DNA of 64,000 nucleotides, from positions 22,320,001 through 22,384,000 of the forward strand of contig NC_042997.1 of the NCBI RefSeq assembly GCF_006345805.1, read 5' to 3'. Below the pieces are notes generated by a model. It ran no database searches. It was not told where the DNA came from and saw nothing but the letters and a program-made list of their open reading frames with translations. How positions within the stretch are numbered: position 1 is the first letter of the stretch; each line of letters opens with the position of its first letter. This DNA comes from Octopus sinensis (lineage: Eukaryota). This document shows positions 27,378 to 40,679 of this stretch, one piece after another. A program made the translations under genes and the position numbers.

Positions 27378-27637
27378 GCCCACATGGCATAAGTGCACGG
27401 GCTACTAACCCCAAGATTCCAAGTTCGATTCCAGGCAGTGACCTTAATAATAATAATAATAATAACAACAACTTCGAAAAATACCTTAGGAATGAGAACT
27501 TTCGAAATTTCCCCAAGACACCTGATGAAGACTTGGAGGGTATATCTGCTGAAACGTTGTGTTAACAACAAACAAGATGAGGACAAATATCCATCAGTTG
27601 TAAATAATGTATATAATTCCTCATCTCTCAAATATAA
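27378..27637 (+). mobile_element. tRNA-headed repeat family F with Penelope-type hammerhead tail
   Basis: A-box-like TGGCATAAGTG, B box GTTCGATTCC, (AAT)n, then CTGATGA...GAAACGTTGTGTT; two more copies form the palindrome at 43482-43957. Confidence 0.7.
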
Positions 27638-27975
27638 CAGACCAAATATATTTGTTAAGGCAGACATGTAAAGGTATATACCATCATAGAAATCAGCTGC
27701 ACTGTGGATTTTAATATCTCTTTGAAAATCAAAAAGAAAGAGAATAACTATAGAGAACTGTTTTGAAACCTACAGATTCTATATTCAGATTATAAATTCA
27801 CGTTTATATCAATAATGATTGTTGCACTTGGTTTTGTGATTACATGCCTAAATGACAATCTGGAAAAGCTAGGGGTTTCAGAAAAAGAAATCAATTGACT
27901 AACATGCACATCATTAATACACTCTGTAAGCAGAAAAGTAAAAATATGCAAGACTTTCCTCAAGTTCAACATGTG
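27634..27975 (+). mobile_element. R4/Dong-like (restriction-like endonuclease) LINE C-terminal fragment
   Basis: NRPNIFV...TIIEISCTVDFNISLKIKKKENNY...VALGFV...VKICKTFLKF across frameshifts. Confidence 0.55.
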
Positions 27976-28506
27976 ACAATGTTTTTGTTATTCCAATGAT
28001 AGAATGTTGTATCTTTGTTGAAAACTAGTTCCTTCATTACAGGAAGCATTCAAATAGTTAAAAATCAAAGAGTACATACATACATGCATACATACATCCA
28101 TACATCTGAGGAATTTCAACCATGTTTCGTGGTCTGCTACCACAGCAGCTCCTTTATAGGATCCAGTTAGCTCAAAACAATCATCAGGAGGAACCACGTC
28201 CAGTTTCGGCCCCTACTCCTCTACCGTTTGACGTGGCGGGGTCTCCCTTTCGGAGGTGTCTTCAGCTCTGGTGTTGGGTGCATGTCTTCTTTCTCCTTCT
28301 TTCTTCTGTTCCCTGGCCTCTTCGATGTAGCGTCAACAAGTGTCAGCGGTTGACTGACTGACTTGTCAAATTTCCCTTTAAATACCTGCTGCTAGTCTCC
28401 AGCAGGCAGCCCCAGCAAGTTGTCACGTGACACTGTCTCAACTTTAACTAACCAATACATACATATAAATGCACACATATACATACACATACATGCATGC
28501 ATGCAT

Positions 28507-28545
<39 letters not shown>

Positions 28546-28644
28546 CATACATACATACATACATACATACATACATACATACATGAAACTGTGACAAATG
28601 ATATTTAGAAAGTGAATATTATATAACTTTATGTAATTCAACAG

Positions 28645-28749
28645 TGCTGAAAAAGAATGGGGAGATGGAATTCGTGGACTTGCTATGTCTGCTGCAAGAT
28701 ATGCGTTGCTCAGATTACAAGAAGGACCACCTCATACCAAAAATTGGAG
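28645..28749 (+). CDS. kcc: KCC coding exon 7 in window
   Basis: (G)[34 protein letters not shown](R), the KCC-diagnostic AEKEWGDG motif; caacag| and |gtacgt; phase 2-2, 105 nt. Confidence 0.98.
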
Positions 28750-28957
28750 GTACGTTGTTTTTGTTCTCTTGAAATAAAAATTATGCAACTTTTGCTTTTT
28801 CTCTAACTCTAATTTGTCACAATTATCTGATTTGTTTTTTTTTATATATTTCAATTTTAAATGTTACTAGAAATCATTTGTTACAAATCAACTCTCTCTG
28901 TCTCTTTCAATTCCTAATTCTTAACCAGGAAAAAAAATCCACTTATCTACAATAAGT

Positions 28958-29325
28958 TATTACCTCCGCCTTAGCAAAAGCAGAGGTATCGTTTTCAGTT
29001 GTTTGTTTGTTTGTCCATGGACAAGATATCTCAAGAACCACTGGATGGATTCAGATGAAACTTTCAGAGATGTTTGGCCTCGTGACTGGCATGAACTGAT
29101 TAGATTTTGGAATCGATCTGGTACCAGACAAGGATTCTGGATTATTTTTCCTGTTTTTTTACTTAATTTTTTAGAGCAGTTGGGTTCATTTTTAGTAATC
29201 TCATTTGTGAGAGCAGTCTAGTTTATTTCAGGTATTCTCAGTTTTAAAAATCATCTCTGGCTAATCGTTGAAAGGACGTTGGTGTTGCCTTGGTGGAGGT
29301 TTGCACTCTCTGGGTGCTCTTGTTA
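28958..29325 (+). mobile_element. Helentron-associated HINE, second family
   Basis: TTATTACCTCCGCC start with inverted GGTGGAGGT subterminal repeat and a CACTCTCTGGGTGCT hairpin end; internal (TTTG)n. Confidence 0.6.
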
Positions 29326-29940
29326 TTAATGAGATCATAATTCTTCAGACTATTAACTTTCTCTTAATATTACATCCCATTATTTATATCTTAGTATTTA
29401 CATCTCAGAAACTTTTTTAGTAGTTTCAACTCTGATCATCAGCATCAGGAGTCTTATTCTTAAATATCTGCATAGACCCAAACTGGATTTGAACTAAGAA
29501 CTTTTATTTTTAATTGCTCTTATTCACAATGCCACTGGCACGTGTTCATTATAATTGTATTAATCTGGTTGCTTAGCAACTCAAAATGGTCAAGTGTATC
29601 ATTTTCTTTATGTGATTTTGATATTTTTTGTGTATTGAATAATGAAATATTAAATGTTCTGAATTAATTAATTCTGTATTGAAAGGTTACCTGTTATCCA
29701 TTTATATTATTAGCTCATTAATAAACTGTATCAGGAAGTTAGAGTTAGCTAAATCAACAGTATGGAAAACTCCTAACCAAAGGATCAACTGTCCATCTAC
29801 CTTATTTTAAATAGGTACCTCTCTTGTTTACTGTTGATGATAGCACTGTTTACTTTATAATTGTTATTGAACCTTGGCTCTGATCCTGCAGATTTATAAT
29901 CAAAAGTATTCCAATCATAACCACCCTGTTTGTTTTTTAA

Positions 29941-30159
29941 CCCTTTTGTTACCATATTTCTGTTGAGATGCTCTGTGTTTCTTTCAATTAATTTTGAATA
30001 TAACAAAGAATTTAGTAAAATAAATCAGTTATCATTAAGTTAGTATCAGGAACATAAATTGCAAATAAGGTTTGGTGGACGATTTTAATTCAGAAATTTG
30101 AAAACAAGACTTTTGTACTAGAGCCAGAGGTGGTTTCAGCCAGGTTGGTATCAAAAATG
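29941..30159. mobile_element. piggyBac-like MITE
   Basis: TTAA|CCCTTTTGTTACC ... GGTATCAAAAATG|TTAA; related copies at about 37435-37637, 17410-17548 and 16545-16635. Confidence 0.65.
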
Positions 30160-31830
30160 TTAAAGCGGGTATCATGTACCTAATACTACCTATGTATTGT
30201 GGAATATAATTTTTATTTCTTTTTTAAAATGGTAATGTGTGATTTGAATGAAAGTTGGTTGCTGTTTCCAGCAAATAGAGTGAGCATGTAGTGTTTTAAG
30301 TGTTGTTTGTGTTATTTACCCTCACAGCAGTGCTGACTAAGCAGACCCATGATCAGAAGTGTTCCAACTATGATCATCCCTACTTTTTCTTATTCAAATA
30401 TCATATTTCTAACTCTACATTCATTATCCAGTGTAATCTTCCATATCCTCTTGTTTTTTTAACATGAGTTTTCTTAGCTGACGGTGCTGAGTCATAAACT
30501 TTTAGAGATAAGAAATTTCAGAGTACTCTCCCTTTTGACTCGATACTTGATTGTGACTACAGATAACCGATAGAAAAACGATGTGAACAATAAGAAAATG
30601 ATTAATAACTAAAGATTTAGCAAACAGTAGTATATCAAAAGAACATTACTTATTAACATTTTAGATGTTTTACTCTACAATTAAACATGAACTTCTTTAT
30701 GAAGCTTCCTTATAAGAATTCAGATCAAGTATAATAGTGCCAAGCCTTTTGTCCTCTACTTGCATTAGTAACTCTCTTATCTTTCAGAGAAACTGTTTAA
30801 CCCATTCACGGATTATTCTTTCAAACTTAATACTTATTCATTCACATTGTTTTTAATTAATCATGCACGATTTTATTGCTTCGAAACTATAATTATGTAA
30901 TTGTAATTTTTATTTTAGCATAGAAGGGTAGATTTGATTTGCCTGGCTAGAAGATAAAACATAGCATATTTGGGTTGGATATGGCCGATTTAAATACTAA
31001 CAAATTAAATAAGTTATTTACTGTGTGTACTTCCTCAAACTGTTCAATACATCAACAGCTGAAATATTGATCCAATGTCTTTTTGTATGAGGTATCTCTG
31101 TGCAACTACTATACACATGTAGAGCTGATTAATGCTATTCATCTGCAAGGATATGAACAGCTATTTAGATAAAATTAAAATATCATTTTATAGTTGAACA
31201 ATTCAACTTCATACTGGTGGTTTTGATGTGTCAAACTTAATGACCTCAGTTTGAATCTTGTCTGAATTGATATTGCTTTAATTTGTCTGGGTTTGATAAA
31301 ATATATACCAGTAATATACTGGAACAGATTCAATCAACTCTACTCCTTCACACTTCACAAATATTGGCCATATTCATTGTCTAATGAAATCTATTTATAT
31401 CATATGTTCAGCTGTCTGGCTTCCATGCTGGAGGGACGTAAAGAGCGCCATTTGAGCGTGATCGTTACCAGCATCACCTAACTGGCACTTGTGCTGATGG
31501 CACGTGAACAAAACATTCGAGTGAAGTCATTGCCAGTGCCACTGACACCTGTGCAGATGGTACATAAAAACCACCATTTGAGCATGGCCGTTGCCAGTAC
31601 CACCAGACCGGCCCTCATGCCGGTGGCACGTAAAAGCACCCACTACACTCTCGGAGTGGTTGGCATTAGGAAGGGCATCCAGCTGAAGAAACTCTGCCAG
31701 ATCAGATTGGAGCCTGGTGCAGCCATCTGGTTCGCCAGTCCTTAGTCAAATCGTCCAACCCATGCTAGCATGGAAAGCAGACGTTAAATGATGATGATAT
31801 ATTTTTCTAATATTTGTTTCTCCTTTCCAG

Positions 31831-31919
31831 GCCCCAGTTACTTGTTCTTATGAAACCAGATGAAAATTTGAAACCAATGTATCCAAAACTAGCAACACTT
31901 GCAACTCAGTTAAAAGCTG
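31831..31919 (+). CDS. kcc: KCC coding exon 8 in window
   Basis: (R)PQLLVLMKPDENLKPMYPKLATLATQLKA(G); ttccag| and |gtaaat; phase 2-1, 89 nt. Confidence 0.95.
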
Positions 31920-32080
31920 GTAAATATATATATACACATATTTCACTATTTATCTTTGTTTTTCTTCACTTATACATATATTCACACACACACACTTTTC
32001 CCTTGTTATCAATTTAATTATCATCTTCTTTCTTCATGTTTACATGTGTTAACTATCCCATATTACCTATATCATCTATA

Positions 32081-32298
32081 CAAGGGAGTACTAAAAAGTT
32101 CCTGGCTTTGGGTAAAAGAAAATACAGGAGGATCAGTTAATTATGATTTTATTCAACATCATTCTCTCTCAGATTCACACACTTATTGCAGCAGTCCTTT
32201 AGTTTTTTTAAGCCCTGTAAAAAAAACTCAGAAGGTTGGACCTCCAAACAGGCCTTTCACAATACCCCTAAAGCAAGGAACTTTTCAGCATCTCTTTA
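32081..32298. mobile_element. Mariner-type MITE
   Basis: TA-flanked imperfect TIRs CAAGGGAGTACTAAAAAGTTCCTGGCTTT; an opposite-orientation copy lies at about 38125-38340. Confidence 0.7.
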
Positions 32299-32602
32299 TA
32301 TGTAATGTAATGGTATGCATTAACATACGAAGCACTAGAGCATAAATAAGTTATATGTTTAACAATTAAATACTCAGAGACACCATCCAACAATATCAGC
32401 CTAAGACTAATATTCTATTTATTTCATAAAGTATAATACACAACCTGGGATATGTTTCAGTCTTATTATGCCCTCATCAGTGAAACACAGACTTCATCCT
32501 AATTGCTGACATAATGGTGATAGAATCACTAAGTAAATGTATAAGACTGTGCATGGTTTCACATAGAAAACTAGAATAGTTTAAAGAATGATTTATTTAG
32601 AA

Positions 32603-34743
32603 CAGGAGTCACCAGCCTTTTTTCACAGCAGGCCAGATAGCCGAGAGAATGACAAGCGTGAGCTGCATAACCATTTTGTTTAATATAATACAGTGAATAC
32701 ACAAAAGAATAAAGACAACCAAAATATTTATTTACAAAAAATTTATCAAGGCAGGTGACATTAACAATAAGATAGTTATATCACACCCAGTGCACACGTA
32801 TCCAAATCTCACAAACTAAGTAGCAAAAATGGTTAGTGGGATTTGTGGAACTGTTGTTTAGATTTTAAGATATCAATACTTGCTTTGGAATTGCTGCATC
32901 CAACCAAGAGAATTCCTTTCAAATGTTCATCAGTCAACCTCATTCAATGTGCTGACTTCACAGACATAAGCTGTTCCAAATACTGATGCTATACCAGGGA
33001 CAAATTTCTTCAAATTTGAAAACTCATCTTCAAGTAAGAAACTATAAAATTCTACAAGTTTTCCTTCTCTGTTCTCTTTCAACAAGTCATTTGCTTCCAA
33101 ATCAATGAGCACCAACCATAGTTCGACTGGCATGCCATCAAGTTTACAATCAAATGGATTCTGGAACAGAAGAATGTCACTCTCAATTCTGTTGAGATCT
33201 GAAAACCTCTCCAAAAAATGCTTATTTAAATACAAATAATCTTTTTCAGAAATTTGAGGTTAACATCTGCTACAATTCTGGCACAGAGCTCTTTAAAACC
33301 CTTAAAATGAAAGAAGTTTCCTCCTTCCAGTTGTGCTTCAAACAATGATAGTTTTCTCTGAAATCCTTTGATGATTCTGTAGAGATCACAGATAATGTTA
33401 TCCTTTCCCTGAAGCTTCAAGTTCAATTCATTCATGTGGTGATGTCAACCAAAAATGACAACTTTGACAGCCAGGTAGGATCTGACAAAAGTGGATCAGC
33501 TCTATCCTTTCCAGTGAGAAAAATATCTATTTCTATTCAGGGCTTATAAAAACGAAAGAGGACTTTATCGCAGCTGAGCCACCTCAGTGTTGTGTGATAA
33601 GGCAAATCACAGAATTCAGAATCAATTTCTTCAAGAAAAACCTGGAATTGGTGGTGATTAAGGACATGACCCCGAGTGAAGTTAACTGCAGAAACAATTG
33701 GTTTCAGTACACAAAAAATATCTGTCTTTACCACTGAGTGCTTGCTGATGTATAATGCAGTGTATAAAAGAGCACCCAGAAGTTGAAGATCTTCCAACTT
33801 AGTCCTGATCTTCCCCACCAGACCCTTCCTCACTCCAGCCATCTTGTTTCCTCCATCAACTGTAATACATTGAAGCTGATTTCACTGAAGGTTATAGCTT
33901 TGCAAAGTTTTCTGCACTTCCATGAAAATGTTTTCTCCAGTTGTTCTGTACACGTGGCAAACAGATGCCAACTCTTCTGTGATCTGAAAGTTCAAATTAA
34001 CACCACAAATGAACACGAGAAGTTGTGACGTACTCAAGAGATCAGTAGACTTATCCAGCACCAGAGAATACCATAAGAAGTTCCTAGCTTTCTCATGAAT
34101 TTGTAGCACTATGTTCTCTCCAGGTTTTCTGTTCTCTGCACAGCTGAACTTACTGAAAGGGTGATACTTCCTAGCAAATCAGTTTTCTCAAGAAACAAGT
34201 CATTTATTGCTTCCATCATACACTCTTTGTTGAAGTTGCCATCAGTAAACTGTTTTCCTCACTCTGCCATCTTATACACTATATTGTAACTTGTATGAGT
34301 GACAAATTCGGTGGCACGTAAAAAGCACCATCCGAACGTGGACGATGCCAGTGGTATGTAAAAAGCACCAACCAATCATGACCGCTGCCAGCCTCCCCTG
34401 GCACCTGTGCCGGTGGCATGTAAAAAGCACCTGCTACACTCACGGAGTGGTTGGCGTTAGGAAGGGCATCAAGCTGTAGAAACACTGCCAGATCAGACTG
34501 GAGCTTGGTGCAGCCTCCTGGCTTCCCAGGCCCCGGTCGAACCATCCAACCTGTGCTACCACGGAAAACAGATGTTAAACGATGATGATGATTCTCATGA
34601 AGAGAATGTTTAAACATGGCAATGCAAGTTAAATCATGATCACTGCAGGAATGAACACTCATTACAGGTACACAAAAGATACAATGCAGCAGTGGACTGG
34701 ATGAACTGACCTCATGGGCTGGATCAAAGTCTGGTGACTCCTG
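32603..34743 (-). mobile_element. hAT (Buster/SPIN, GTF2IRD2-like) DNA transposon, complete but degraded
   Basis: Perfect 13-bp TIRs CAGGAGTCACCAG (32603-32615 and 34731-34743); 8-bp TSD ATTTAGAA/ATTTAGAG; transposase fragments SLVLDKSTD..SQLL, RWLSCDKVL, NELNLKLQGK, FGTAYVCE; nested repeat at about 34300-34595. Confidence 0.88.
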
Positions 34744-35079
34744 ATTTAGAGGATGCCAGCCAAATAAAAAAACGATAGTGTTAACCTATTTGCTACAAAA
34801 GATTATTTCTCTTTAACCCTTGGCTCCTGACTGCATTAAATGTTTACACAAACTTAACTAAATTGTTGTTTTATAGTTTGGTAGATATCTTTCTGTTGCT
34901 TAAAGCACTTAAAGGTTAATGCAAGTAGCTTAATATCACTTTATCTTCTCTTCCAAATTACAAAGCTAAATTGTAATTAATTGCATAATACTATTTAAAA
35001 TTATAATTTAGCCTTAAGTGACTCTTTACTTAATTAGTATATAATCTTAATACATACTAATTAATTTTGTCTTTATGCA

Positions 35080-35114
<35 letters not shown>

Positions 35115-35592
35115 TACTATTATTATTATTGTGAGGATGCATGGCCTAGTGGTTAGGGTGTTGCACTCACAATTGTGAGATTGTGGTCTCAATTCCTAGA
35201 CCAGGTGATCATTTGTGTTCTTAAGCAACACACTTCATCTCACATTGTTCTGCGATCACTTCGACACTTGATATGTGGTTCACTGTGCACCTGTTCAGGT
35301 AACATTGATTTGATGGAGGGAGTGAGCTAATGCACATACATTTGATTACTACATACAAAATCATTTGTGCAAGTCATTCTGCAAAAGCTTAACACTCATA
35401 CGTCATCTTCGACAGCAGAGTCCATCTTGATTATTATCATCATCATCATCATCATCATCATCCTCGTTATTAAGGTGGTGAGCTAGCAGAATCGTTAGCG
35501 CACCAGGTAAAATGTTCAAACACTGGGGTCAATGTAATTGATTTCTCCTCTCCCCTGCAACTGCTGGCCTTGTGCCTAAAATTTGTAATCAA

Positions 35593-35625
<33 letters not shown>

Positions 35626-36099
35626 CATGGCAGTGAGCTGGCAGAATAGTTAGCATGCTGGCAGAAATGCTTAGCAGTATTTCGCCTGTCACTACGTTCT
35701 GAGTTCAAATTCCGCTAAGGTCGACTTTGCCTTTCTTCCTTTCAAGGTTGATAGATTAAGTACCAGTGAAACACTGGGCTCAATGTAATCGACTAGTCCC
35801 CTCCCCACAAATATGAAGCCTTATGCCTCCAGTAGAAAGGATTATTATTAGCATTCTATAGAGGGCTAGTGGAGGGAAAGTGCAACGACATCCTCTGGGA
35901 AACTCTGGGCATCGATGAGGATCAACTAACTGGTCTTTCGGGCTTGGGCCTATGGATAACTTCCAGAAATCCCTTGCCTGGCAGTACTACCGAACAGCGC
36001 TGCCTGTTCAGGATAAACTTTACAAGCACAGAAGTGCTGCCAAACATTATAAGTTTGTCTTAAAATTTGGGATTACATAGACAGTATTTTACATAGAAT

Positions 36100-36570
36100 A
36101 TGGACAGTACCCACGAGCACTATGTTTTGAATTTCTGCCATTTTTGGATTTCCTGGTATCTAAGCTAAGTACCAATCAGCCCCTTTTGCTATCATTCCTA
36201 GGGCACCTATGACAACAGGTAGTGGTTTTGTCTTGAAGTGCCACATTTTGTCAATTTCTGTTTCAAGATTGTTATACTTACCCAGTTTTTGGTAGGTCTT
36301 GACAGATATATTTATGTTGATTGGGACAGCCATATCGATGAGACATAATTTTTGTCCTTCAGTATAATGTCTGTCCTATTCGCATCTATCTTTGTGTCAG
36401 TTTGAATGGTGAAGTTCCAGAGGAGTGAGATGTGGTCATCTTCAAGCACTTAAAGTGGTTTGTGTTCCCACTAGTCTTTATCATGGGGTAGGCCCAAGTC
36501 TTTGCAAATTACCAAGTGAATATACTGTGCTGCTCTATCATGTTTGTTGAGATATTCTGTATGCACAATA
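36100..36570 (-). mobile_element. R4/Dong-like LINE C-terminal fragment
   Basis: Minus strand VLEDDHISLLWNFTIQTDTKIDANRTDII...IDMAVP...KYNNLETEIDKMW...PVVIGALG. Confidence 0.75.
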
Positions 36571-37333
36571 GCAATCACATAACTGCTTATTCCACTTCCC
36601 TACTAATAAGTTAAAGGAGGGTGGACCATGTGAATTCTGTTATCAACTTCACTCTTAGATCACCCTGGGTAACAACTGGTTTGATTTCTCTGGGATATTT
36701 TTCATGGAAGCAACAGAATATCCACCACCCTAAATTATTAGTCATATACCATGCAAATACCATGTTGCTAGTAAAATATACAGTTTCCATCCAATCCATG
36801 TTTTGTTTTTTAACTATTAAGTTTGTCAATTATACCTATCTTGGAGGGCCTGCCAAAGGCAATGGGCAGAGTACTTTTTTCTGGACCAAAACCTAATAAA
36901 AATTAATAAGCATAAATGAATAAATCCCCACCTTAATGTTCTTTTCATCCCACTAGCATTGACACAGTATATATATACCTGAACTAGATATATTCTTGTA
37001 TTTGATTTAAACTTTTTAGACACCTGTTTGACTTGTACCACAGACAACACAGAATGTATGCCTTTGGTGAATAGGATCAAATAAAATGTACCCAATGTCA
37101 TACAACAGAACTCAATATATTCTAAACATCATTGATAATGAAAAGCATCTTCTTTGAGTATTCTTAATATGAAATGTTTTCTTGTGAATTATTACTTTTT
37201 ACACCACAATTTTTTTTTCTTTTAATCACTGCTAAAAAAAATAATATTTAAAATTTTAAAATTTCTATGTAATATCTAATGAACAAATTATTAAATTTGC
37301 TATATATATTCTACATTTTTAATTATCATTTAG

Positions 37334-37413
37334 GTAAAGGATTGATTCTAGTCTCCAGTGTACTTGAAGGAGATTTTAGAAAAACGTTTGCTAAATCTCA
37401 AGCTGCTAAACAA
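37334..37413 (+). CDS. kcc: KCC coding exon 9 in window
   Basis: (G)KGLILVSSVLEGDFRKTFAKSQAAKQ; catttag| and |gtaagt; phase 1-0, 80 nt. Confidence 0.94.
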
Positions 37414-38124
37414 GTAAGTTTATTTCAGTTCATCATTTTGATACCAACCTACCTGAGGCCATCCTTGGTTGAATGATACAAACTTCCTGCTTTTAAGACC
37501 TTCTATCAAAATTTTATGTCACTTTATGTTCCAAAAACTAATTCAGTAACAAAGTTATTTTACTAAATTATGCATTAATTTCAATATTAATTGAAATAAA
37601 AACAGTATTTTTCAACAGAAATATCGTAACAAAAGGGTTAAAGCAACTGCATTTGATATTAGACATTGGAGCATGATCGTTATCTGCATGGCCTTACTAG
37701 CACTTGTGCTGGTGGCACATGAAAAAACATTCAAGCAAGGTCGTTGCCAGTGCCGCTGGACTGGCTCCTGTGCAGGTGGCACATAACAAGCACCATTTGA
37801 GCATAGCCATTGCCAGTACTGCCTGAGTGACCCACGTGCCGGTGGCATGTAAAAGCACCCACTACACTCTCGGAGTGGTTGGCATTAGGATGGGCATCCA
37901 GCTGTAGATCAAATGGAATCTGGTTTGCCAGACCTCAGTCAAATCATCCAACCCATACTAGCATGGAAAGCGGACGTTTAACGATGATGATGATGATAAG
38001 TACCAATTTGAGATGGAAAAGTGCAGAAGTTCATAGATAAGACATGCATTATGTATCTATTGCTAATTGGGTACACACCGTTGATACACAGCTGGAATCC
38101 TGTCAGTAAGCTTGTTGCCCTTTA

Positions 38125-38340
38125 TGAGGGTGGAGGCTGAAAAGTTCCTGGCTTTAATGGTATTGCAAAAGGCCTGGCTGGAGGACCAACATTCCAATTT
38201 CTTTTACAGGGCTTAGAAAAACTGAAGGACCACTGCAATAAGTGTGTGAATCTGAGAGGGGAATATCTTGAATAAAACCATAATCAATTGATCCTTCTGC
38301 ATTTTCTTTTACCCAAAATCAGGAACTTTTCAGCACCCCA
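38125..38340. mobile_element. Mariner-type MITE, second copy
   Basis: Same TIR core AAAAGTTCCTGGCTTT; internal sequence is the reverse complement of 32081-32298. Confidence 0.65.
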
Positions 38341-39605
38341 GAAATATTTCAAATTGGTTGCAAAAATCTTATAAGTTAATTTATTCATAATTATATTTAA
38401 ATCTTTCAGTTATTTATTAATCTTTTGTATGCACCCTACTTAATAGGGTCATAGGGTAAAGACCCCCCCCCCCCAGTCATGAATGACCATGGGATCACAC
38501 CTAGAAAGCTACCCTCCTAGGCACAAGTCCAGGCAAAATTGGTTATGCAAGACCAGCAGTCGTCCATGCATACCAACCTCCCTTCTCCATGCCATCAATG
38601 TTACCCAAGGGAAAGGCAAATGCCGATACAGCTTGGCACCAGTGACATCACAACTCATTTCTACAGCTGAGTAAACTGGAGCAACATGAAATAAAGTACC
38701 TTGCTCAAGAACACAACAAATAGCCCGGTCCAAAAATCAAACACACTACTTCATGATTGTGAGCCTGGTACTCTAACTGTAGAACCATGCACCTAATGAA
38801 TGATTTTATTGCTGCTTTATGAAATTTCTGTCTCCAACTCAGTATTACTGCAACTAGAAAGACAGTAAAGGGGTTCTTAATTATGATCCCTAAAAAGGTT
38901 TTAAGACAATATAAAATAGAAGTAATGACATTCTTGATAAGAGTAGGTGTATGTGGGGGTTCAGTAGTTTACTTTTCAAACCTCTATGGTTCTAGGTGTA
39001 ATCTCACTCTTCACAGCTTCGAACATATGCAGTGTCACATAAAAGCACCTAAGCAGGGTATGTAAAAGCACCCATGTGACACCACATAAAAACAGCCATG
39101 TGGTACTACATAAAAGTGCCACTTTGGTGCCACATAAAAGCACCCAGCACACTTTGTAAAGTGGTTGGTGTTAGGAAGGGCATCCAGCCATAGAAATCAT
39201 GCCATATCAAACTGGAGTCTAGTGCAGCCACCCCCCACACACCGTCCAACCCATGCCAGCATGGACAACAGACGTTAAATGATGATGATGATGATATATA
39301 TATATATAGGGGTAAAATATGAAAAATCAACGAAAATGCACCTTGCAAATAGAAAAAGGTTATTTATGACAGGTAACGACAAATATATACATTTAGATTG
39401 ACTGAGGTAGTAATATGAGTCATAAATGTCATTAATATGAGATGATTATAAGATGATAATAAAGTAAGAGAACAAAACGAACGCAAAGCTATTCATCATT
39501 TGAACAACACCGGTTAATACATGGTGTCAGGTCTAATAGTTCCTGAGAAAAAAAATTATTTGTAAGGGAGGTAAGTAGTTCTGGATTATTTGTAAGGGAG
39601 GCTAC

Positions 39606-39656
<51 letters not shown>

Positions 39657-40034
39657 GGAAGGGCATCAAGATATAGAAACCATGCCAGAACAGACAATTG
39701 GAGCCTGGTGCAGTTCTCTAGCTGGCCAGCTCCTATTAATTCATCCAATCCATGCCAGCATGGAAAATAGACATTAAATGATGATGATACACACTCAGAA
39801 ACACACACACACAAACACATATGTATATCCTTCATTCATCATTATTTAATGTCCACAGCTGGCAACAGCCAATGCCCAATGCCTTCCTATCACCAACCCA
39901 CCCCTGTTTCAAACAAAGCAATGTTACACTTGGCTGGGTATGTTTTACAAGGGTGACTGGCTAGAAATAAACAACACTGTTTGTATGCTGGTGATCCATA
40001 ATATCAAGACAGGGATGTGTGTGTGTGCACTCAT

Positions 40035-40074
<40 letters not shown>

Positions 40075-40263
40075 ACATGAATATACAATGGGCCTCTTTC
40101 AGTTTCTGTTCACCAATTCTGCTCACAAGACTTTGCTTGGCCCATGGGTATAGAAGCAATGGGACTGAACCCAAGACCACATGATTGAAAAGCAAGCTCC
40201 TTAACCACACAACCACATCTGTGCCTTATATATATATATATATATATAATATATATATATATA

Positions 40264-40648
40264 TACTAGCAGTATCGCCCGGCATTGCTTGGGTTTGTAA
40301 GGGAAATAACTATATAAGCATTTTTAGAGAGTTATAGCAAAAAAATGCATTAAAAATGGGAAAAAAATGATGGTAAATTTTTGTTTAAATCGTTGACTCA
40401 TCGTAGACATTTTTAGAGAGTTACTTCCCTTATATAATAGCGAAAAAATGCATTAAAATGGAAAAAAATGATGGTAAATTTTTTTTAAATCGTAGACTCA
40501 TCGTAGACGCGCGCTAATTCCCAGAAGGGCTCGATATGAATCACGACTATAAGATATCCGGTTTTGGTTAAACTGCACCGCAAAATGTGGGAGTAGTTAG
40601 GAATCTAAATCGTAGGAGACAGACACACAACCTGTCTTTTATATAAAG

Positions 40649-40650
<2 letters not shown>
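40264..40650 (+). mobile_element. HINE/DINE-1-like element
   Basis: TACTAGCAGTATCGCCCGGC...TTGGG start, internal tandem duplication, CAGACACAC...TTTTATATAAAGAT end, inserted in (TA)n; related copy at 56089-56482. Confidence 0.6.

Positions 40651-40679
<29 letters not shown>

Noticed and set aside
37334-37340. Recursive splice (AG|GT) site at exon starts ttag|GTAAAG and gcag|GTATCA (3334)
   Set aside because: Explained by split Gly codons (G|GT); sequence alone gives no evidence of donor use.
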